Shown here: positions 12,300-21,550 of the stretch, piece by piece
Layout of the letters: the number at the start of each line of letters is the position of its first letter
Position numbering within the stretch: position 1 is the stretch's first letter
Assembly (NCBI GenBank): GCA_030704615.1
Contig: CM060734.1
Coordinates: forward strand, 8,804,001 to 8,868,000
DNA length: 64,000 nucleotides
Direction: 5' to 3'
Origin: Takakia lepidozioides
Lineage: Eukaryota; Plantae; Bryophyta
Notes under the pieces: generated by a model
The model's input: only the letters and a program-made list of their open reading frames with translations
The model's database searches: none
Told to the model about the DNA's origin: nothing
Program-made: the position numbers and the translations under genes

Positions 12300-15200
12300 G
12301 GAGTTGTTGATGGAGGAGGAAGCAAGCAAGATGGCAGCAGGTCAAGAGGAAGAAAGACAACAATTGGAGGAAGAGGGCGGACTTGCAAAGAGAGCCTGGA
12401 TCGACGAAGCAACCACGAGTGCAATGACAGAAAACATCTTCAACTCAACGGCTGATAAGAGAGAATCAACAACCAGAAGGAGGGGACCAGCCGCAGGCCA
12501 ATGAAGCAACACCCATAGAAATTGGCCATGCCAATACCAAAATCCAGCAAATAACACCTGCAGAGGTCACACAACTAGCAACAGAGGAGGGAGCCATAGT
12601 GGTACAGCAACAACAGATGGTGCAAGAGGCACAAAGTCAGCAGCATCAAGACAATAATTCCAATTTGGAATTATTACTCGCACAGCAGGTCCTTGATACA
12701 ACAGCATGAGACACGGGTTTGGAAGAAACGTCACAGAATGTAATTCTGCATGCAATACAAGCAATGGATCAAGTAACGGCCTACATGGATAGGTGTTGAC
12801 AACTGAAATATGCGCCCCATCCCGGGGTGAGGAACATCACTTTAACCTTGCACTATATAAGCTCGGAGAACCTTAGCATGATCATGGACCACGTCAAAGA
12901 AAAACACCAGAGGGAGTTGGCAACAGCATGAACAATATGTAACCACGAGGTTACAATTGCATCATTGGAGGATCAAAAGACTACGTTGCTTCGCCAATAC
13001 AACATTTTAATAGAATGCCGAGACGAGTGGGAACAGAGGTGGCAAAGACAGAGAGACGAAACACGCAATGTCCAAGCCGACCTCGATGCAGAAAGAGAGC
13101 GATCTTGAAAAATGGAGATAGAGGTGGAGACACTCACGGGACAGGTGCAGACACTCAAGGGGCAGGTGGATACACTCAAAGGGCAGCTGAGGACTGCCAA
13201 AGATCAGAGAACCAAGTGGCTCTCATGCAATACCGTACTGCTGAGAAAAAGGGAAAATGCAGAAAGTAGGCTGTTCACAACCAACACAGATAGAGAGAAA
13301 TTGCCTTACACAACAAACAGGAATGGGTAAGTGCATACTACACTGGCTCAAAAGCGGCAGATGTGCCATCCACTGAAAGTCCATGAGAAAAAATTAATGC
13401 ACATTTTAATTAAGGATATTTGTTCAAATATATTTTTATCTTCATAGGTAATGGTATACTAATCATATTTAGTAAATGGTCTCATCCCAAATATTTGAGA
13501 TATTTTTTATTATATTTTTTTAAATGATTTTCTCTTATTTAGAAATAATAGCTATTTATTATTATCTTGTAGTTTATGAAATTTGTCCATATAATAATAA
13601 GCTCCTAGAGACAATAACAATATATATATTCTTAGCAAAGATCTCCACCCAAATATGAATTTTTCAAAATGCTATGGACAAATCGTCATTTTGGGGGTTT
13701 TTTAGTACAAAAAAGTCCATAGTGTCTTGATGGATGGATGGAATTGTTCACAAATTTATATTTGTGTCTATTCAAACATTGTGTATCTAGTTGTAAAGTC
13801 CATATATGAATTGGTTTTGCACAAATAGGTTTTCCAGATGGCATTTGGGACATCCAATGGACTGTGACAGTCCATTGGAATTCCCTACAAAAGTCCATAG
13901 CTTCATGAGATTTCATCCAAATTCCAAAATAATTGTACCCACATATACACATGGTAAGTGGCTAACCCATTCTAAGTCCATTTGCTATAAATATATATTT
14001 ATGTGTATAGGTGAAGAATAATATGAAAAGCAGTCAGTCGAAAACTGCAAATTGCAGTCCAAACTGAGCCACTCTAGTCTGCATCTACCCGAATGGAAGC
14101 AACAGCTGGAGAAGCTGACATTGCAAGCAGGCCTGGATGCAGCAAACACGGCCTTGGCCCGAGCATGGTTGAGTGAAGGGGGTGAACTAGAAATGAAGAA
14201 ACTCAATAGGGCAATGATAAAAAAAAAGAAATGTCAGTTGGCGAAATTGGTGACAGACATTCACGAGGAATTCCTGCCACCAATTCCAGAACAAGAGGAG
14301 CTCACGAACGAGGAAGACCAAAAGGAGCAAGACCATGAACAGGAAGCACCAATACAATCAACAACAACAACAACAACTCCAGCACAAACACCACCAACAA
14401 CGCAACCACCACAAAGTCAACAGGCACTGGTACAGGCCACAGCAGGACCATCTACTCAGGAGGTAAACCCCGTACCATTACCAAGTGTTCTGGTGGCATC
14501 AACTTCAGTAGCAGTGGATGATTTCCAAATCATGCCATGCAAGCAGGATGGGGAGTGGCTGAAGTATTCAAAGGAATACTTTAAAATGATGATAGTCCCA
14601 GCCCACCAAATCCCAGAAGTGTTAGAGAAGGTATTCAAGGCCTTAACCCCCTGCAGGTCATTGGGCCAATTGCATCTACTCAATCAAACGCTCATACCTT
14701 TGAGATACAGGATGAGGCCGCTGGCTAGGGAGGAGACATGGTCAGGGGCAGAATTGATTGAATTCTGGCGCCAGGCTCCCCTAGAGTACAAGGAGCTGGT
14801 CGCTTACATGTGGGCAGTGGGGCAATTGAAGATTAATCCTACCCCGACAGTGGACATTGTAATGGGTTGCCCAAGTTCTTATATTGGCAGCTACTTGTAC
14901 ATGATGCTAAAGAGGAAGCTCCGGAAGGCTTATCGGAAGGATGAGTTGGCAAAGTCCGTGTTGCGGGACTTGAGGCTGGGGGTTAAGTTGATACAGCTGA
15001 GGTTTTTGTTGTGTTTGGGTGGTGCAGTGCGTGGCTTCACATTATGAGACCCGGGCTTACTTCCTCAATGGTATGTTGCTGCTCCACTACCTTGCAATTT
15101 TTGGCTACCTATGGTTTTGCCTAGAGAGTTGTAAGCAGGCCCTGATGACCCCTGTTCTAAATGAGAAGAATGGGCATGGCTTCTCAAGATACAGGGAAGC

Positions 15201-15370
15201 TGTTTAGCTTAACTACTTATGGCAGATCCTAATCAGTCCATCCATTCACCCTTCCGTTTTGACAGATTTCTCAACACAACAATGGGATCTACAAATTCCT
15301 GGGTGGTGCTACGAGGACTTAGCTAGACTAAAGGAAAAGGGAGAGGGCGGGGGGGGGGGGGGGGATGTAC
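12300..15370 (+). mobile_element. LTR retrotransposon 3' region with an unknown coiled-coil ORF (remnants at 12300-13330 and 14052-15047), split by an AT-rich insert at ~13335-14010; PPT then TG at 15366
   Basis: Heptad repeats (VETLTGQVQTLKGQVDTLKGQL); ORF 14052-15047 is homologous to 36596-37200; purine tract at 15330-15365 followed by TG. Confidence 0.55.
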
Positions 15371-15433
15371 TCATAAGATGTTAATTGCCATGGCCATAGA
15401 CATTGAAATAGCAGCGGCAGCAGCATGGTGGGG

Positions 15434-15618
15434 GGGAAAGAGGTGCTAGTTGGTAACCGAAAACTTATGACAGAGTTTGGCATTGACATCTCAGTAGATG
15501 CCTATGATATCTTCAAGAAACTGAGACTCTCCCAAGAATAGGCGTCTTGGTTGCAATTGGCAAGGAACTGATTGGAGCAATTGCTATTGTTGATCCTATA
15601 AAACCTGAAGCAGCTGCT
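15434..15618 (+). pseudogene. Fragment of a P1B-type (Cu/heavy-metal) ATPase, HMA5/RAN1-like
   Basis: GKEVLVGNRKLMTEFGIDISVDAYD/QETETLPRIGVLVAIGKELIGAIAIVDPIKPEAAA with one frameshift; matches the N/P-domain junction of HMA ATPases. Confidence 0.8.
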
Positions 15619-16699
15619 TTGAGGTTCGCTACACTTCTTTGTGTTGAACTCAGTCCACTGAAGACATTTCTATTGATTTAGAGGCAATTCTAGGGCTTGA
15701 AATGAAGTTTAAGTTAGGTGCAGGAGAACCATATGCAACAAGTTTTTTTTTTGTTCAAATCATGGTCGTTACAGACTCATGAGTTTGTGCATTGTAAGGG
15801 ACGGTCTTCATATATTGTCTTAATACAATGTCACGCGCTCTTCATCATGTTTATTTCTTTTCGTGCTTTGATGGGGATGGTCTGTATGTTCTCCAGTCTC
15901 AATCACATCCGCAAGATCAGTGGCTATGTGTAGGGGATTGTGTTGATTGCAATGTTGTAGTAAGGCCATCGTAGCATCTGTGTTAATATTCGGAGACAAT
16001 AGAAATAGTATTGCACATGTATGAACTACAAGTCGCAGCCCCCAAGTCACTGCAACAACTACGAGTGCTTGGTTCCCAACCCACAGTCGATCTATATCAC
16101 TAGCGAGTAGTGCATTTCAAACCTTCAGTTGCATCTGTCACTTCAACAGAAACCATTGCAAGTGGTTCCCCTAGTTGTCGACTCCACTTCCGAGTCATCA
16201 AGGCAACCAGCAGACAATTCACCGCGCCACGTGGTGTGGCCTTAGGCCTGCTCGTGTCCCTGCACGTGTCCTGCCTCCAACATAACACATGGCGTTCCGA
16301 CACATAGGCACGCGACTGTCTCACTCAATGCGTGAACACCGTGGGGAAGTCGCACCCCCCGGGTCAAAAGTCCACTGTGGTCAAGGTCCAAGAATCAGTC
16401 AATGCGGCGCACGGCGACGCCACGTGCCCCCCCCCAGAAAATTGAACCGCAGTCGGCGGAACGACTGACCGGAAGCACTCCGACCACGTCATGACCGAAG
16501 CGACTAGACTGTCCGAAGAGACTAGTCTGTTGGCACTCCGAGTCGCCCAGTCGTTTCCCAGTCGTTTCCCAGTCTTTTTTTTGTTTGAAACGACTCATTT
16601 TCCAGTCGTTTCTCGAGTCATTATTTCAGCGATTCCTTGTAGTGATCTCATTTAGCCATATTATCAGACATGCCACTTGTATCCTTGTAGTTGTACCCA

Positions 16700-16900
16700 A
16701 ACTTGGCATACATGTCCAATATCAGCTTTGACGATATCACCGTGGACCTCTACACCCTTTTCCAGGGCTGCCAGGCTTGCATTTGACATACATGTACACG
16801 AGGGGAATGTTCAGAATAACATCATGTACAATTCCAGCTTTGATGATGTCACCATGAACCTCTTGGCCCCTTCCCAGGGCTGCTAGGCTTGCATATGCAT
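16700..16900 (-). pseudogene. PLS-class PPR gene fragments (two partial motifs)
   Basis: AYASLAALGRGQEVHGDIIKAGI and ASLAALEKGVEVHGDIVKAD, followed by LDMYAKFG. Confidence 0.75.
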
Positions 16901-17029
16901 ATTACAAACACAAATGAACATGCATGACCTGGTCTGGCTTCATCCCACGAAAGCACGGAAACAAAACAGATTGGAAACCGAAATGCGGCACCGCATTTCG
17001 AACGTGCTTGGGAGGGTATGAGTATCTTA

Positions 17030-18510
17030 CGAGTTGAGGTCCGCCATGGCATTCTTGAGCAAGGAGGAGTCTGCCGCCTTCACCTTGAGGATGACACACT
17101 CCACCATGTAATGCCAGCCAATGTGCTTGGCATGGTTCTGCTTGATGTACTCCCACCAGGCGAGAAGTCGGTGATTCCCGTCCCACACAAAGAACATTTT
17201 ACCCGACATATGGCCGAAGTCTGGATCACCCTTCAGCGTCTTTGAATTTGTTGTTGCGAGTGTGCCAGTGGGTATCCCACATTGACAATTCATCGGCAGT
17301 GGGTCCACGAGTTTCGCCGTCCTCATTCTCAATGGAAACGTAAAACGCTGTCGATCCCAGACGGTACCCTTCTCGAAATGTAAACTTGAGCTTATCCACA
17401 TCTCCGGGAAGGGCCTGCCTGACAATGGGAAGGGAGACCATGCGACAGAGTGGGATTCGAAGAGTCCGCTAGAATACCCTGCTGCCCAGAACTCTGCCAA
17501 TGCTACTGTGTGTCTCCTCCAACATTTTATCCGCTGCACTTTTGAAATCCTCCGGAGACATGTCTGTAGGTGCCGGTAGTGGCTGAGCAGCTGGAGCATC
17601 CTCAACTGGAGCTGCACTCTGGGGCCTGTCTGCGGGCAATTCTGCCATTGCAGAGGCCTCCTCCGGGCCTGCTTGCTCATCGGTGGTGAGGTCTTGTTGC
17701 GAACGTTGAGCGGCAGCACCCTCCTGCGGTACCAAATCGACAGAAACGGTCGATCCCATTGCCTTCGCTGCAGCAGAGTCGGCCCCAACATCTGCAGGCG
17801 GGAAATCCTCCAGGAACTGAGCTTCAGCTCGTGGAAGCGGTTTTGCGGGAGATTGTTCGGCCGTCGCCCTGATTGCCTTCTGCTTCCTCATCCTTGCAGG
17901 TGAAGGTGTCTGCTGCAATTGAATCTGTCTTTTACCCTGCTGCTTCATTCACGTTGGTGGGGGTGAAACGGCCTGAGCCGGTTCAGAAACCAGTAGAGGG
18001 ACGGACTGCTTCTTCTTCGACTTTGCTGGAGAAGGGCCCCACCCCTGCTGGCGATTCTCCATGATCGAAGAACGCGAGTCGATCTCTGGGGCTTTGAACT
18101 TGCCCTTCGAAGCCGCGTCTTTGAAACGCACAGGGCTAGGCCCGGCAGGACTCTTCCTGCGGCTCTTCGGATTCCTGCGATCCCTCCAAAACGTCCACCT
18201 TTCCTTTTAGGCATGCAAACATGTTCTGCATTCAAGTCTCCTAGCATTCAGTCTAAGAATTACAGAAGCAAAATGGGGGGTTCGGTGCTCGATTAGCTGC
18301 GCGCAGCCCGATCGCATGGAGCTCTCACTGGTGGCTGGGTTGCCTAAGTGGCCTGCTGCTCGGAGATGGCAATCTCCTCCTGTAGATGCATCTGCTTCCT
18401 CCCCTTCGGCATTGGCCTACGTCCGAAGTATAATTTTCGGAGCTTGCGACGAGGTCTCCTGTCTGGTGCACGAACTCCCCCCCTCTCAGGTTCGAGCATA
18501 AGAAGAACAG
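17030..18510 (-). pseudogene. Accessory gene copy B, ParB/Srx-like exon plus low-complexity N-terminus
   Basis: IPLCRMVSLPIVRQALPGDVDKLKFTFREGYRLGSTAFYVSIE...FFVWDGNHRLLAWWEYI...VECVIL..NAMADLNS then a GTAAG donor; contains a stop and a frameshift. Confidence 0.85.
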
Positions 18511-18849
18511 AGACAGGGAAAAGGGGCAAAGAGTGCAGATGGAAAGGGCGCAAGAGGGGTGACTGAGGAGACACGACAAAAGTAGATGAAACGGCGGTGA
18601 TGCACCACTTGGGTTCGAAAGGGTTGGACGTAAGTGTCTCCTCGTGGACTTTGCGTCATTACGAAATTCGAATCGTTTAGGGTACGCCTGCCGTCCGAAA
18701 AACAAACATCATTATCCAACAGTCAGGCCGCGCCGCCTCATGCCACTTCAGTCAGATAGAGTGCAGACATGTGCCGCAATTCCGTTGCTCCACGTGTTCA
18801 TATTTCATGGAATTTCCGTCCCAGCGTCTGATGAGTAGGAGTGAAAATG

Positions 18850-20670
18850 CGAATGTGGCGCCGCATTTCCGTTAAGTACCATCACGAAGCTACATATCCG
18901 TACTTGTTGGAAGGAAATGCGGCACCGCATTTCCGTTCCATCTTCACATACCTTAGTTGTTGAACGGAAATACGATGCCGCATTTCCGTCCCACAGCTCC
19001 ATGTATGAGATACAAAAGGGAAATGCGGCGCCGCATTTCCGTTCTGGAATGTCGAAAGGTGCGATTCGGACGGAAATGCGGCACAACATTTCAATTCCCG
19101 TGGTTCATGATTTTCAATGTGAACGGAAATGCGGTACCACATTTCCGTTCCCCCTTCACATACTTAGTTGTTGAACGGAAATAGGGTGCCGCATTTCTGT
19201 CCCACAGCTCCATATGTGAGATACAAAAGGGAAATGCGGCGCCGCATTTCCGTTCTGGAATGTCGAAAGGTGCGATTCGAACGGAAATGCGGCACAACAT
19301 TTCAGTTCCCGTTGTTCATGATTTTCAATCTGAATCGAAATACGGTACCGCATTTCCGTTCCCCCTTCACATACCTTAGTTGATGAACGGAAATGCCGTG
19401 CCACATTTCCGTTCGGGAAAGTATAGAGGTCTCACCTGAACAGAAATGCGGTGCCGCATTACCGGTCTGGAAAGTTTGAAGGTGTCACATGGATGGAAAT
19501 GCGGCACCACATTTCCGTCCCATAGCTCCAGGCCTCATATACAAAACGGAAATGCGGCGCCGCATTTCCGTTCTAGAATGTCGGAAGCTGCGACTCGGAC
19601 GGAAATGCGGTGCCGCATTTCTGTTCCCGTTGTTCACGATTTTCAGTCAGAACGGAAATGCGGTAGCGCATTTCCGTTCTGTAGAGTATTAAGGTCTGAC
19701 CCTGTCGGAAATGTGGTGCCGCATTTTCGTTCCACAGCTCCATGCCTCACATACAAAACGGAAATGCGGCGCCGCATTTCCGTTTTGGAATGTCGGAAGG
19801 TGCGACTCCGACGGAAATGCGGTACCGCATTTCAGTTCCGATGTTTGACGATTTTTCATTAGAACGGAAATGCGGTGCCGCATTTGCATTCTGGAATGTT
19901 GGGAGGTGTAACTCCGATGGAAATGCGCTGCCGCATTTCAGTTCCGATGGTTCATGATTTTCAGTCAGAACGGAAATGCGGTACCGCATTTCCGTTCTGG
20001 ATAGTATGAATGTCTCAAGCGGTCGGAATTGCACTCGGCTCCATGCATCAGATACAAAATGGAAATGCGTCGCAGCATTTCCGTTCTGGAATGTCGGAAA
20101 GTGCGACTCGGACGGAAATGCGGTGCCGCATTTCTGTTCCCGTTGTTCATAATTCTCAATCAGAACGGAAATGCAGTACCGCATTACCGTTCCACCTTCA
20201 CATACCGTGCTTCCTGGATGGAAATGCGTTACCGCATTTCCGTTCTGGAGAGTGTTAAGGTCTCACCCGGGCGGAAATGCGGTGCCGCTTTTCCGTTCTG
20301 GAATGTCAGAAAGTGCGACTCAGACGGAAATGCGGTGCCGCATTTCCGTTCTTGGAATGTCGGAAAGTGCGACTCAGACGGAAATGCGGTGCCGCATTTC
20401 TGTTCCCTTTGTTCATGATTCTCAATCAGAACGGAAATGCGGTACCGCATTTCCGTTCCACCTTCACATACCGTGCTTGCTGGATGGAAATGCGTTACCG
20501 CATTTCCGTACCACCTTCACATACCGTGCTTGCTGGATGGAAATGCGTTACCGCATTTCCGTTCTGGAGAGTATAAAGGTTTCCCCCGGACGGAAACTCG
20601 GTGCCGCATTTCCGTCGCTCTGGTGCATGACCAAGATGCAATACGGAAATGCGGCGCCGTATTTCCGTCC
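18850..20670. repeat. Tandem array of about 35 x 53-bp units, each with palindrome CGGAAATGCGGCGCCGCATTTCCG (type B) and a small set of recurring linkers
   Basis: GGAAAT starts at 18913, 18966, 19019, 19072, 19125, 19177 and onward to ~20645. Confidence 0.95.
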
Positions 20671-21152
20671 ACCAGCAATCGAAAGAATCACTTGGGACGG
20701 GAAATCTGGAACCTGAATGGGTTGCATTGTTCCGAAACAACACAATTGCGGCCAGTCTTGATGAGCACAACTTGGTTGTCTGACCGTTTTAACTAACAGT
20801 ACTGGCAGTTGTCAGTGCGAACGTTCCTGTCTGCACCGAGAATACTGCTGGATCCACCCTCAGGAGAAACTGTCAGGAGATGTTATTTCGTCGCCGAATC
20901 GGCCATCATTGTCATACTTACTGGCTATGGAATCACACCTCCCACCTTCATGCATGTAGCTTGAAACAATACTTTCCACTTCAATGTGCGACTTCCAATC
21001 GTCGATGGACTCCGCATGGTGCCTGTGAGCCTTGGTCTGTCGCTATACTGAACCTCGCAATTGCCAACTTCGTGCGGTCTTCGATGGCTCCGAATTCCTA
21101 CGCTATAGTTTGCTGTCCTCCGCAACTTGGGAGAGCATGGATCCCAAACGAG

Positions 21153-21305
21153 GGAGGTTTGCTATTTCATGAGCATGAGCGGCATGAGCGGCATGAGCAG
21201 AGTAGTAACACAATCGGTTTTCATGAGCAGAAGTACAAATTTCGAAAATAAAAAACAATAAAAAAACAATAATTTAATGCAATGTGTCAGAAAAAACAAA
21301 TATAT
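21153..21305. repeat. Probable element terminus (GGAGGTTTGCTATTTCATGAGCATGAGCGG...) with CATGAGC repeats
   Basis: Shared with 50830-50975; at both sites it abruptly interrupts a coding sequence. Confidence 0.75.
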
Positions 21306-21309
21306 TATT

Positions 21310-21440
21310 CGGCCCCTTGAAGGGAAAATTGCCTCCAATCGTAATTGTGTATACATCGTCGCGTACAGCCGAGCCGGCCGTTGCCATCCGATAAACACGC
21401 CCAAGGCCGGGTGGAGGTACGTCCACGGAGCTCTGAATCA
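21310..21440 (-). pseudogene. Small transposase 3' fragment just upstream of the SWIM finger
   Basis: Near-identical to the reverse complement of ~35631-35735. Confidence 0.8.
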
Positions 21441-21550
21441 TCATTCAGAAGTCATTTAGATGCTCTTTGTTGAGCTAATCTGTCTCTCCTCCCCCAATAG
21501 AAGAATTGTGTTGAGCAAGATCTCTAATGTTATGTGCGCATTCTTGACAG

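Larger units (their letters stand above)
16900..21152. mobile_element. MULE-like copy B (5' part of accessory gene, 53-bp array, first codons of transposase)
   Basis: ParB exon on minus, array in the middle, and transposase start MAPNSYAIVCCPPQLGRAWIP at 21084, which aligns with MAENPSATVYCPPHEHRASFP of copy C. Confidence 0.8.

Noticed and set aside
18850-20670. CRISPR array
   Set aside because: Linkers recur in cyclic order, there are no cas genes, and the context is an intron-containing eukaryotic transposon.
18805-20796. Many overlapping ORFs (MRRRISV/GNAAPHF/KCGAAF); similar ones at 22764-23129, 26513-27872 and 30608-32111
   Set aside because: By-products of stop-poor palindromic repeats, read alike on both strands.
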